A DNA stretch of 64,000 nt from assembly GCF_964213995.1 (NCBI RefSeq), contig NC_135804.1, positions 90,830,001 through 90,894,000 of the forward strand, given 5' to 3'. Position 1 is the stretch's first letter. Every line of letters begins with the position of its first letter. The notes under the pieces are model-generated. The model saw only the letters and a program-made list of their open reading frames with translations, was not told the origin of the DNA and ran no database searches. Below are positions 1 to 12,274 of the stretch, piece after piece. This DNA is from Mustelus asterias. Its lineage: Eukaryota. Position numbers and translations under genes: made by a program.

Positions 1-335
1 GATTGTATTGAATGGCGGAATAGGCTTAAGGGCTGAATTGCCTACTCCTGTTCCTAGTTCCTAGGTTCATATATTCTTACTTAAGGCTGAGATAAGGAGA
101 AATTCCTACATCAAGGGATTGTGGATATTTGGTATTCTCTATGCCAGAGGATTGTGGATATTCATTTGATGATCATACTCAAGTCTGAGAGCAATAGATT
201 TATGGGCAATGAGTGAATTAAGGAATGTGGGGATTTGGCTACAAAGTGGAGTTGATGTAGAAATCCTTACATATTCTTATTTAATGGGGGAGCAGCCTCA
301 AGGGACACACTCCTATTGTTATTTCATTGTGTTTC
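1..335 (+). mobile_element. CR1 LINE 3' end fragments (two, degenerate)
   Basis: Contains gaatggcggaataggcttaagggctgaattgcctactcctgttcctagttcct, a CR1-type 3' tail, followed by a second degenerate 3' region. Confidence 0.6.
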
Positions 336-660
336 TAAATTCAGCTTGCTAAATTTTTGATATCTCCCAGGAGCAGACAGCACAACCAACCACAGAATAA
401 TACTTACTATGTTCCTCTGAAACAACATGGCTTAACTTCATTCTCTCCAAAGAATCCATGACACAACTCTTCACTTCTGAGACTGTCTGTCCCTGTTACC
501 TCTCTGAACAAGCGTCACTTTAATACCAGTCATAGGCTGCTTTTTGTTTTGTTGCAGCACCCACAAGGACTGGATAAAATTAACCAGATGAGGAGCTATG
601 CAGCTGAAATGTCTGTGTTATTTTACCATCGAGCATACTAATTCAGCTTGCCGTATTTTT

Positions 661-786
661 TGAAGTTTAAGTTTATTTGTTAGTGTCACAAGTAGGCTTA
701 CATTAACACCGCAATGAAGTTACAATGAAAATCCCCTAATTGCCACGTTCCGGCACCTGTTCAGTTCCACTGAGGGAGAATTTAGC
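661..786 (-). mobile_element. SINE 3' tail fragment
   Basis: Reverse complement of the tail of the SINE at 9612-9915 (gtcacaagtaggcttacattaacac...gagggagaatttagc). Confidence 0.7.
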
Positions 787-1404
787 TTGCGACCACTGTG
801 GTCCAGCACGTTATCAATCATTCCTCATTGGAATCAATACCATACAATCTTGCATGATTACCATACTATTAAGTAAAATATGGTTCCCTATGTTCTTTTC
901 TCATTGGGAAGGAATGCAGCTAAAAATATAAAGTTATAACAGTATTGAGCTATAAATATGGAATTATAAGATAAAAATAGCGATTCACCTATGAGGTAGC
1001 AATTAAAAATTTAAATGCAAAGTTCAAATCAGAAGCAGCATTCATCTGCTAGGCAAATTGAAAAGATTTAAAAATTTTATAAACATGTAGAGGCATAATT
1101 GTGTGCTCAGGGACAACAAAGTCCTGCAACATAGAATACGGTATATCCTCCAACACAAAGCAGTTCTGAATAAAACAGGGACTGGCCTTTACATCACCTT
1201 AGCAAGGCACTGATAAGTTGTGGGATACCATAATCTAACAGTGGATAACTTCAAGGATGACCCTAAATAAACTGTTAACTGAATCCTGGAAACTGAGAGT
1301 TGCAAGAAAATGACCACTGAAGGCACTTCTCAGTATCCTACTTAATTGAAAGATGTTGACAAAAAAACAAAGAACATTTTCCAGCATGAGTGCTCAACAA
1401 TGCT

Positions 1405-1645
1405 TCCTCTGTCTGTGTGGAGATGGCACATTCTCCCCATGTCTGCGTGGGTTTCCTCTGGCTGCTCCAGTTTCCTCTCATAGTCCAAAGAGGTACAGGT
1501 TAGACAGATTATCCATGGTAAATGCACAGAGTTACATGGATGGGTTGGGGGTTGGTCTTTGGTAAGATACTCTTTCAGAGAATTGGTGCAGACTCGATGG
1601 GCTGAATGGCCTCCTTCTGCATTGTAGAGATTTTATGGTTCTGTG
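1405..1645 (+). mobile_element. HE1/V-SINE-like element, 5'-truncated
   Basis: Core tctgtgtggag...gtctgcgtgggtttcctc and CR1-like tail gactcgatgggctgaatggcctccttctgc. Confidence 0.8.
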
Positions 1646-2149
1646 GAATCTCAAAAGCTTTCTTTCTCCCTCTGATTTGCTGATTATTTTCAGAATTTTC
1701 TGTTTTTATTGTAGCACAAGCTAAATATTAAACCTTTCTGATTGTAATCTGCTTTCTGCGCAGCTTTCATCTGCTATTTGTAATTATGTGATTCTGGTCA
1801 CAATCTCCAGGAAGTGGAGCAACAGGTCAAACTGATATCAATGAAGTCACAAATCATCAGCTATTTCAAAAGAGTAGCTGATAATGCATGACATATGCAC
1901 ACAAAATAATGAACCTGTGTGACAGATTTACAGACCTCAATCAATATTCTCCTGCTAAGTCTTTGTCAGACATTTCAATGCCCCTGTCTCTGAACTCTAA
2001 TGCAACCTGCTCCATCTCATGCGGAGATGCTACAAGTCGATTTCTTTTAATATAATGGAGGCTGCTCAGTTTTTCAACAACAACAAATTTCACAGGGTCA
2101 TTACAAAATAATTCAACACAAGACTGAGGCTTCTGTTCTGCTCATTTAA

Positions 2150-3625
2150 GATAAAATGCCACAGTCAATAAATTCACATTATTTGTCATTATTATCATTA
2201 GCACGATGTCATCGGAATATCCCTTATTCTCTCTTCAAGTACCATTGCGCTATGAGGGCAATGGCGACCATGAGCTTCCATTTGATCTTGCCTTTGGAGG
2301 TATGGATCAACCTTGTTGGTGGCACATTCATCCAATTTGCAAGGCTTTTTTAAAAAGTTGTTCTTTATCTACTCTGATCTCTTCTACATCGATCTTTGCC
2401 ATCAACACCAGACTTTCTAAATCATAAGATTTTATTACATATCCAAAAAATTCCAATTGCCTCATCCCGATCTTGGTTGGCAAAATTCTTTTGGTCTCAA
2501 ATTCTGCTGTTACCTGTTCATTGGTAATACAACTTGTTGAAAATATTTTAATTATTCATCTTTAACCTTTAACTCTGCTGACTTCAATTCTTTATTGCAT
2601 TGCTTCGCTGGTCGTCCAACACTCCCTCTCGTGGAAATTGGTTACAGTTGGTGTGATATGGCATTCTAGGTCTGGAATCTTACCACTGTTCACGCTGGTG
2701 GGGTTTTCCCATCCGGCCGCAGTGAACGGAGATTTGGCTGGCTGCCAAATTCTCTTACCCCACAGCAGCGGGAGCATGGCGTGAACGGCAGGTAAGATCG
2801 TGCCCTAGGATTCTCAGCTTGGTTTTCATGACTAATTTTGTGTTGATCATTATCATTTTCAATTTTTAAAATGCACCCTTGGCCATTCCAACCTTTCATC
2901 TCATTTCTTGGTCCCAATTTCCATCTGATGTTAACATACTTTGCAGGTAACAAACTTTGTCTATCTGTTTGATCTTTCCGTTCTTCACTCTGCCCTTGCA
3001 TTCTGATATGATTCTCCTTTTGGACACCATGAGACATTTTATTTTCTTACAATTTATGCTCAACTGTTTTTTTTCACTTTCAACTCTAATATTTTGCTGC
3101 TTCTCCTTAGAGTGGACAATATGAATGGTGTCATTGATCTATCATATTTTAGCCTCCAACTAATAATCCAGGAAGATCTTCAATCCCTCGAAGAATATTT
3201 TCACTACACAAATTGTAAAAATCAGGGGAGAAAACCCACTTCTGACTGACCCCCTTATAATCTTCACCAAATCACTTAGATGTTCATCGACCGTTACGGC
3301 TGCTATTTGTTCCCAATACAGATTTCTCATTACCCTAAGGTCCTATCCATCAACATCAAAGGACTGTAACATGCTCATTGGTTCTACTTGTTTCACCTTA
3401 TCAAATACATTACTATAATCAATAAAGTACATGAATAAATCTTTGTTCACCTCCATATCTCTTTCTGATAGCATATGTATCACCGTGCTATCTGGCATTA
3501 CGAGATGATGTGTCACCATGAACCTTTTTCTTTCCATTCCAGTGCCTGCTTCCCTCAGCTCAATTTTCTCCTTCAGATTTTTTGTTTTCAGACACCCAAG
3601 TGCTGTATTCTGCCCAGCCACAGCA
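2150..3625 (-). mobile_element. RTE-clade LINE relic (RT region, degenerate)
   Basis: ORF 3343-3621 contains DLFMYFIDYSNVFDKVK, an RTE-type FIDYxKAFDxV RT motif. Many stops. Interrupted by the MITE at 2669-2804. Confidence 0.65.
2669..2804. mobile_element. Short MITE (PIF/Harbinger-like)
   Basis: Imperfect TIRs ggtctggaatcttacc / ggtaagatcgtgcc. 3-bp flanking duplication CTA. Confidence 0.65.
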
Positions 3626-3907
3626 ACTCCAGAAGGAGAGAAACCAATGGCTCAGCGCTTATGAAAAGACATGATTTGAGCTTGCAGCCGCCAATGCAGA
3701 TACTGGTACTGCACATTCCAATTCTCTTCCTACACCCAATAGTGCACTAAGGCAAACTTTTGTCTATTTCCATGGCTAGTAATTCCCAAAACAGATTGTT
3801 ATTCTCCAGCTACGGGCTTATGCTTGAGGGGCACCACTCCTGGTGGCCGAGCAGGAGTCTCTCCCGCTCTTACCAGCCATTAATGTGCTGGAAAGATTTG
3901 CAGGTTG

Positions 3908-4203
3908 ACTCATTCCAGTCAAGGGGACGAAAGGTTAACGGGGATAGACAGTAATGTGGGGTTAAAGTTACAAGCAGATCAGCAATTATCTTACTGAATG
4001 GCGGTGCAGGCTCGAGGGGCCGAGTGGCCTACTCCTGCTCTTAATTCGTATATTCGTATGTAAATGAAAATTTATATCTGTTCCACTACAGATGGCACTA
4101 TGGAAGCCGAATACCTTCTTGAGGCTACTTTGCTGCACAGTGCACCAGCTTAATGAGGGCTCACGGTATCCTTGGCACCCACTAGAAGCAGCTTAACTCA
4201 CTC
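3908..4203 (+). repeat. Left arm of ~296-bp inverted repeat
   Basis: Reverse complement of 7099-7394 with about 5 mismatches counted by eye. Contains a CR1 3' tail plus adjacent sequence. Confidence 0.95.
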
Positions 4204-4224
4204 AACCTGTCTGATCGCGTTATG

Positions 4225-4320
4225 AACGTACATTCCTTGGCTGTCAAGTCCTGTGGTGGGGCTCGAACCCAGAGCCTCTGTCTCAGAAGCAGGGATGCGA
4301 CTCACTGCGCCACAAGACTG
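4225..4320 (-). mobile_element. tRNA-derived SINE head
   Basis: Minus strand gtcttgtggcgcagtgag...ctctgggttcgagcccc carries Pol III A and B boxes. Confidence 0.6.
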
Positions 4321-4696
4321 CATATACCTTGGAGTTGGAATCAACATGTGGTGAGTGCGCTGCAACCAGGCCGGGGCCATAGGATGGTTCATGTACCAGT
4401 TCACTGGAGAGCAAGCTCACGCATGAATTCGATGACATGGAACTCAGGTAAGGACCTCAATGGGAAAGCATCTGCGAGAATCCTGATGGTCATGTACACC
4501 AAGATGCTCTCTACATTGGTTAACCTGCCCAATAGTCTGTTACTGGGAAGACCAGTTCCAAATCGGCAGAGGGTATCATGTGGAACATGCCCTCTTTATA
4601 GTCTCTGTTCCATCTCCCTGCTGTGTGGCAGACCCAGAGGTTTTACCAATGCTGCCCCCATACCGGTATGAATAGGTCACCAAATCATGTTCTGTC

Positions 4697-6650
4697 AAAC
4701 AAAGAACAAAGAACAGTACAGCACAGGAAACAGGCCCTTCGGCCCTCCAAGCCTGTGCCGCTCCTTGGTCCAACTAGACCAATCGTTTGTATCCCTCCAT
4801 TCCCAGGCTGCTCATGTGACTATCCAGGTAAGTCTTAAACAATGTCAGCGTGCCTGCCTCCACCACCCTACTTGGCAGTGCATTCCAGGCCCCCACCACC
4901 CTCTGTGTAAAATACGTCCCTCTGATGTCTGAGTTATACTTCGCCCCTCTCAGCTTGAGCCCGTGACCCCTCGTGATCGTCACCTCCGACCTGGGAAAAA
5001 GCTTCCCACTGTTCACCCTATCTATACCCTTCATAATCTTGTATACCTCTATTAGATCTCCCCTCATTCTCCGTCTTTCCAAGGAGAACAACCCCAGTCT
5101 ACCCAATCTCTCCTCATAGCTAAGACCCTCCATACCAGGCAACATCCTGGTAAACCTTCTCTGCACTCTCTCCAATGCCTCCACGTCCTTCTGGTAGTGC
5201 GGCGACCAGAACTGGATGCAGTACTCCAAATGTGGCCTAACCAGCGTTCTATACAGCTGCATCATCAGACTCCAGCTTTTATACTCTATACCCCGTCCTA
5301 TAAAGGCAAGCATACCATATGCCTTCTTCACCACCTTCTCCACCTGTGTTGCCACCTTCAAGGATTTGTGGACTTGCACACCTAGGTCCCTCTGTGTTTC
5401 TATACTCCTGATGACTCTGCCATTTATTGTATAACTCCTCCCGACATTATTTCTTCCAAAATGCATCACTTCGCATTTATCCGGATTAAATTCCATCTGC
5501 CACCTCTCCGCCCAATTTTCCAGCCTATCTATATCCTGCTGTATTGCCCGACAATGCTCTTCGCTATCCGCAATTCCAGCCATCTTCGTGTCATCGGCAA
5601 ACTTGCTGATTACACCAGTTACACCTTCTTCCAAATCATTTATATATATCACAAATAGCAGAGGTCCCAGTACAGAGCCCTGCGGAACACCACTGGTCAC
5701 AGACCTCCAGCCGGAAAAAGACCCTTCGACCACTACCCTCTGTCTCCTATGGCCAAGCCAGTTCTCCACCCATCTAGCCACTTCTCCTTGTATCCCATGA
5801 GCCTTAACCTTCTTAACCAACCTGCCATGTGGGACTTTGCCAAATGCCTTACTGAAACCCATATAGACGACATCCACGGCCCTTCCTTCATCAACCGTTT
5901 TTGTCACTTCCTCAAAAAACTCCACCAAATTTGTAAGGCACGACCTCCCTCTTACAAAACCATGCTGTCTGTCACTAATGAGATTGTTCCGTTCTAAATG
6001 CACATACATCCTGTCTCTAAGAATCCTCTCCAACAGCTTCCCTACCACGGACGTCAAGCTCACCGGCCTATAATTTCCTGGGTTATCCCTGCTACCCTTC
6101 TTAAACAACGGGACCACATTCGCTATCCTCCAATCCTCAGGGACCTCACCCGTGTCCAAAGAAGCGACAAAGATTTCCGTCAGAGGCCCAGCAATTTCAC
6201 CTCTCGTCTCCCTGAGCAGTCGAGGATAGATGCCATCAGGCCCTGAGGCTTTGTCAGTTTTAATGTTCCCTAAAAAACCTAACACTTCCTCTCTTGTAAT
6301 GGAGATTTTCTCTAACAGGTCAACACCTCCCTCCGAGACACTCCCGGTTAACACGCCCCTCTCCTTCGTGAATACCGATGCAAAGTATTCATTTAGGATC
6401 TCCCCTATTCCCTTGGGTTCTAAGCATAATTCCCCTCCTTTGTCCCTGAGAGGTCCGATTTTCTCCCTGACAACTCTTTTGTTCCTAACGTATGAATAGA
6501 ATGCCTTAGGATTCTCCTTAATCCTGCCTGCCAAGAACATCTCGTGACCTCTTTTTGCCCTTCTAACTCCCCGTTTGAGTTCTTTCCTATTCTCTCTGTA
6601 TTCCTCCAGAGCTCCATCTGTTTTCAGTTGCCTGGACTTAACGTACGCCT
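4697..6650 (-). mobile_element. Young 5'-truncated CR1 LINE (ORF2 RT; open frame 4774-6540)
   Basis: 588-aa ORF with PGNYRPVSLTS, GVPQGSVLGPLLF, KFADD and RPHLEYC motifs. (TTCTTTG)n tail at about 4697-4712. No endonuclease domain. Confidence 0.95.
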
Positions 6651-6851
6651 CATTGTTCCACAGGAGCAGGCTGAGGGTAAGGGAGCTTGTGTGTGCACTA
6701 ATTTATTTAATTATTTTTTCAGTTAAATTAGTGAAAAAAATCGGAGGTTTTTTATCTAAACAGGAAATAGGCCCAGCAGCAGCCTGGGAAGGTTTTGGAG
6801 GGTTTAAAAGTGCTTAACTTGGAGGTTTCAGCCTCATTGTTCCACAGGAGC
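6647..6851 (+). repeat. Segment bounded by a 21-bp direct repeat (gcctcattgttccacaggagc)
   Basis: Identical 21-mers at 6647-6667 and 6831-6851, abutting the CR1 5' truncation point. Confidence 0.85.
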
Positions 6852-7098
6852 TCAACAAAACACCTTGAAAAGCATGCCAGAATAATTCCAGAGATTTTAT
6901 AATAACACAAGTTATTCAAAATTACGCTCTCTGCACGTCGAATGCCTTGAATTAAAATTAGTGTTGGACCACTCTTGCATGCTGAATGCTTAACCCAAAT
7001 TTCCTGAGTGTCAAGCAAATGCATGCAATGGACCTACAAGGTCCAAATTTGGAAAATAGATATTACATTTGCTGGTCGGGCTGTGTGACATCAAGATA

Positions 7099-7394
7099 GA
7101 GTGAGTTAAGTTGCTTCTAGTGGGTGCCAAGGATACCGTGAGCCCTCATTAAGCTGGTGCACTGTGCAGCGAAGTAGCCTCAAGAAGGTAATTGGCTTCC
7201 ATAGTGCCATCTGTAGTGGAACAGATATAAATTTTCATTTACATACGAATATACGAATTAAGAGCAGGAGTAGGCCACTCAGCCCCTCGAGCCTGCACCG
7301 CCATTCAGTAAGATAATTGCTGATCTGCTTGTAACTTTAACCCCACATTACTGTCTATCCCCGTTAACCTTTCGTCCCCTTGACTGGAATGAGT
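7099..7394 (-). repeat. Right arm of ~296-bp inverted repeat
   Basis: Reverse complement of 3908-4203. Flanked on both sides by GATA (7095-7098 and 7395-7398). Confidence 0.95.
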
Positions 7395-8085
7395 GATACT
7401 AGCCCTTTACGTTACGGGAGACATCTTCATTCCCTATGAGATACAGGTATGACCAATGTGTTCAGTCACTGTGAAGGGATGCAATCAATGTACTGTCAAC
7501 CTTGCACAAAGCACATGGAGGAAGCCCTGGACTGAGCACTCTGCCTTTTTCTGATGCAGGAATCCAGTTTTCAAGTTGGGACTACAGGAACACAACTCAT
7601 CAGCAAGGGAAGGGTGCAATTAATGGGAGTTTATTTACAGAGAAGAATGTTATGTCAACACCCATGCCCACGCTCTGCAACTAGAGCTTCTTAACCTTTC
7701 TAACCCTGCTGTTACACTTTGGTGCATCCCTGCAATGGAGGTGGAGGCAACCTAATGTCTGTCAAGTCCTGTTGCCTGTGATGACCTTGGTAGGCATCCT
7801 TTGAAGGGCTGAGACCTGGGAGACCCCAGGCTGCTTTTGGGGTCTTGCTGGGTGACAGTGCTATCATGCTCGGCCTGTGGGGCTGCAGCTGATATGGTCA
7901 CAGGAAGAGGGGATTTGGATGGGTGGGACATTCCCAGAGTCACCTACATGGATAGCTCCAGGATGTGCACCAGCTGATCCTCCACCCAATGGATGCCTCA
8001 AGGGCTCATGGCTTCCTCTTTGGGATCAAGGGGCTGCTGGAGTGACCATTTCATGTTGGTGCTGATGGATCCCAGCAAGTGTATG

Positions 8086-8150
8086 CACCATGGAGTGCAT
8101 GTCCTGCACCATGGAGTGCATGTCCTGCACCATGGAATGCATGTCCTGCA
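8086..8150. repeat. 21-bp tandem repeat, 3 copies
   Basis: (caccatggagtgcatgtcctg)x3 with one substitution, inside a GC-richer probable DNA-transposon relic (about 7600-8560). Confidence 0.9.
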
Positions 8151-8975
8151 GCAGTGCAGAACAGACATCTTGCAGCATGGGTCTCCATAGGGGCCACCAC
8201 ACTCACCATACTGATCTCATTGCATTGTAGCATCGAGACAATTACCTCAGACAAAGGCAGACATACTCTTCCAATCCATGGTGTGTACCAAGCATTCCTT
8301 CCTGATTTTCCTGAATTTGCCTTTGAAGCTCCATCAACTGAGGTTTGACCCAGTCCCGAGGCTTGACCCAGTCTGGAGGCTTGTCTGCTAACTGAGACTC
8401 AGCAGATTCCTGACCTCCAGCATTCCTCCAAGTGCTGGCCCCCTGGGGTGTCCCTGCCTCCGCCTGCCGTGGATCTGAGCATGTGATGTGCTCCCTAGAT
8501 TGTGACTCTCTCCTCTTCTGCAGGACATGAGCACTGACCACCACTGCCTCCCATGTAGGGTTGGTGGAACTTGGTGGCTGGTTTTCTCCCTGTGTATGGG
8601 TAGAGGACATTATGTTGGGCCTCTACTGCATGTAGGAGTCTCTCCAGAGAGGCAGGCAAAGGCTTGGTTGCGGATTTCTTTCAAAGCCACTTTTCTTGCC
8701 CGCCATCCACCTTTGCCGATTTCTAGAAGAATCTCATCCACTGTCTGGCTTTGCCACAGAAATGAGAAGTCATCAGGTTTGATTGGTCGTCTGCACTGTT
8801 AGCTGGTTTTACCTGCAACGTGGCTATAATTCTCAGCACGAGCAAGCTATCCTTCTGTCACAACAGAATGGAAGAAGCATTGAGAAAATACACTGAGGCA
8901 CGGTAAAAATAGCTTTTCCCTGAATCCATTGACACTGGGTGCAGTGATATCCCAAATCTTCTTCTTTATACTAAG

Positions 8976-9321
8976 ATAGAAATCATAGAAACCCTACAGT
9001 ACAGAAAGAGGCCATTCGGCCCATCGAGTCTGCACCGACCACAATCCCACCCAGGCTCTACCCCCATATCCCTACATATTTTACCCACTAATCCCTCTAA
9101 TCTATGCATCCCAGGACACTATGGGGCAATTTTAACATGGCCAATCAACCTAACCCGCACATCTTTGGACTGTGGGAGGAAACCGGAGCACCCGGAGGAA
9201 ACCCACGCAGACACGAGGAGAATGTGCAAACTCCACACAGACAGTGACCCAAGCCGGGAATCGAACCCAGGTCCCTGGAGCTGTGAAGCAGCAGTGCTAA
9301 CCACTGTGCTACCGTGCCGCC
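8976..9321 (-). mobile_element. HE1/V-SINE-like element, full length
   Basis: tRNA-like head ggcggcacggtagcacagtggttagc...gggttcgattccc, conserved core, CR1-derived (TTTCTATGA) tail. Confidence 0.9.
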
Positions 9322-9611
9322 ATATATCAAAAATGCAATATTTACCAATCATGTCTTTCTGCTTTCCAACAAAGTCCAAGCACAGTGTGGACCAAATGTC
9401 ATAATTATCAATATTTGTCTTCTGGCTACAATTAATAAAACTTGATAGTATGCATGGAATTCTGAATAAAAACACACAAAAGCTAATGGAATTAAATAAA
9501 TATTTTATCCAAGTTCGTAACCTTCAATTTGTGGTGCAGCACTGAAGGTGCAAGTTAGTTAGGACAATTGCACTTAAATTATTGACAATTTCTCTTGTCC
9601 GCTCTGTGCTA

Positions 9612-9915
9612 TGCACAGTGGTACAGTAGTTATCACTGCTGCCTCACAGCGCCAGGAACCTGAGTTCAATTCCTGGCTTGGGTCACTGTCTGTGTGGAGT
9701 CTGCACGTTCTCCCTGTGTCTGTGTGGGTTTCCTCCAGGTGCTCTGGTTTCCTCCCACAGTCCAAAGGCATGCTGTTAGGTGGATTGGCCATGCTAAATT
9801 CTCCCTTGGTGTACCCGAACAGGTGCTGGAGAGTGGCGACTAGGGGAATTTCATAGTAACTTAATTGCAGTGTTAATGTAAGACTACTTGCGACACTAAT
9901 AACTTAAACTAAACT
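9612..9915 (+). mobile_element. SINE with the same head/core but a different 3' tail
   Basis: HE1-like head and core, then gtacccgaacaggtgctggagagtggcgactagggg...cactaataacttaaactaaact. Confidence 0.85.
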
Positions 9916-10499
9916 ATTTTTACGCACAAAGCTCAGCGAGCTGATGAACTGAAGTTTAACCTTTTCAGATGTCCTGAAAAAAATCTTATTAGCTGCTCTT
10001 CACAGGTTGCCGATACTTCTCAGGAATATTAAATAAGTCAACAATAACTCCTAATTTTCAAGAAATCCTTTCTGAGGCTACAATCATCGATACGGCCATC
10101 TCTAGTCACTCCCACATCTCCCTCTCCACCCATATTTCCTTCGACTTCACTGCTATTATCCTCAGTCTACAGAACGGAGTGTTGCCTCTAGCTTACCACT
10201 AAACTTTCAAACTCTCCTTTTCCCCTTCTCTGGCCCTCCACACATTGCCCTGAATTTTCCAGTCCAGGTACTGCTGCGTACATTACCGCCGTGAATTTTT
10301 TCCCAACCGGACGTAACCTGCCCATTTCTTCCAAGACTTTCAGATCCTGGTTAAAGAAAAAATGGGCAGTGCAGTATCTCCCACCTAATTCCAGGGAGCA
10401 GAGTAGAGGAATGAGACAACACATCCTCTTTTTACAATATTAGCTGCCATATTGTGGTTGAGTGTTTAAACGTCCAGTCTTTTAATGAATGAGTGTGAG

Positions 10500-10910
10500 T
10501 TAGTGGATGGGTGAGAGGATGGCTAGGTGGGTAAGTAGGTGAGTGGATGAGTAGGTGAGGTGGATGAGTGGGTAAGTGGGTGAGTGGGTAAGTGGGTGAG
10601 ATGGATGAATGGGTAAGTTGGGACAGTGGGTATGATTAGTTGGGTGGTTGGGGGGTGGTCGTGAAAGGTGGGAGATGTGGTCAGGTGGAATGGTGGTCTG
10701 AACTGGTCAGGTGCAGTTAAATCAGGTCGGGGGGGAGATTGTTACATCAGGGATTAGTCAGATGTGGTTAGTGAGATAGTCAGGTGATTTGGGGATAGTC
10801 AGGTCAGGTTGGGGAATAGTCAGTTTGCGGAAGCAGTTAAGTGTGGTCAGGGGATAGTCAGGTGGTCGGAGTGTAGTTGGGTCAGCCGGGTAGTTGGTAT
10901 TCAGGTCAGG
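10500..10910. repeat. G/T-rich low-complexity tract (gggtgagt/ggtcag units), probably the interior of a non-autonomous DNA element
   Basis: Strongly G/T-skewed degenerate repeats. Similar tracts occur at 46020-46260 (complement) and 48530-48870. Confidence 0.6.
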
Positions 10911-12145
10911 TTAAAAAAAGAAATACTGAACTGTGTTTCTTTGCATTTCCATAAGTCTCAGTCAAAATGGATGATGAGGAGCAAAGCCCAAGTGTATGTT
11001 GTGACTCATGTAGAAACCATCACGTCTTCGAATTAGTGTATTGTACAATATAATACTTAATAACACTGAGTTTGAAAACTCAGTTTATCAATTCAGTATT
11101 TAAAGAAACACATTTTAGTCTCCAACAACTAATGATGGGTTTCGCGTTCTCTGTGAGTATGCACTAATTAACATATTCTGACAAATCCCTATCTATACAA
11201 CAATAATGATTTAAAATAAACTCAACAACCACGGCTTTAAAATAGCAGAGGCATAATATTGCTGAATGATATAAAAAATGATCCCAGTGAGGCAATCGAA
11301 AATCATCAAAGGATAAAGAAACCACGAAAAACACAATTAAAAGGCACATGTATCGCTCTCAGACTAAAAATTTCTCCAAGAAAATTAAACCCATTGATCA
11401 TGTAAATGGAGCAAACTTTAGTTTAGTGGCACACGTTTTCATCTCTGATCAGAAGATGAAGGATTTGAATTGTATTCCAGACAGTTCCATGAATGCAGCA
11501 TGCAGCACTGGCTATGAATTCTGAGCTGATGTTCAGCAGGATACTGTGGCCCAGTGGGTGGTTGCAAGAGAGGGTATTGGAATGAGAATCCCCATCATAT
11601 AGGTTGTGGAAGCTGATAAACCAGACCTCATATAGATTAATCATCTCATCAGCTCGAAAAGAAAGTGATTATAGCCATGAAAGGTTCATTTACACTATGG
11701 TCTGCCAGACTGCAGGTAGCTTGTGAATTCTTTCACGACTTGCTATTATTCTCGGCTGAAGAAGATTGATGAATAGCATCAAGGCAGCTTCATCAGTTGA
11801 AAAATGAAAGTGTATAGATATTGACAAGCTGACTGTGCTTAAGACAATAATGTTCTTCCAAAAGTATCGCCCAGGGACTCAAATGCTTCTTCCATGTGAT
11901 GCAGCAAATTACATGTACCTCCTCCAATCTACCGCATTGTAATCATTCCTTACGGGATGGCTTTCGCTACACTGGGGAACCCAAATGAAGAACCCCTCAG
12001 TTCCGTCTATAAGTGTGATTTTAGCTTCCCAGTAACTCATCACTTCAATTTCACCTTCCAATCTCACGCTCACCTCTCTGTCACTTCCCTCCTACAGGGC
12101 CAGACAAACTGCTTTTTTAGATGCACATTCCTTGTCCAGACACAA

Positions 12146-12255
12146 CGGCTGGAATTTTCCCACGGGAATGATAGTGGGCGGGACCATGCAAAGGTCTGTT
12201 GATCTTGGGCGGGATTTTTCGGCCCTGGGGCGAGCGCGGCCGGAAAATCCTGCCC
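12146..12255. mobile_element. Short MITE
   Basis: TIRs ggctggaattttcc / ggaaaatcctgccc. A related copy lies in opposite orientation at 49253-49379. Confidence 0.7.
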
Positions 12256-12274
12256 AATATTGAAATGTACCATG

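Noticed and set aside
4774-6540. 588-aa ORF as a host gene or active reverse transcriptase
   Set aside because: It is a 5'-truncated CR1 ORF2 with no endonuclease, a mutated catalytic Asp and a LINE tail.
8086-8150. CRISPR-like or coding repeat
   Set aside because: Contiguous 21-bp tandem units without spacers, in eukaryotic context.
8976-9321. tRNA genes suggested by A/B boxes (also at 4225-4320, 14980, 35319 and 40831)
   Set aside because: These are SINE heads followed by SINE core and LINE-derived tails, with no complete cloverleaf.
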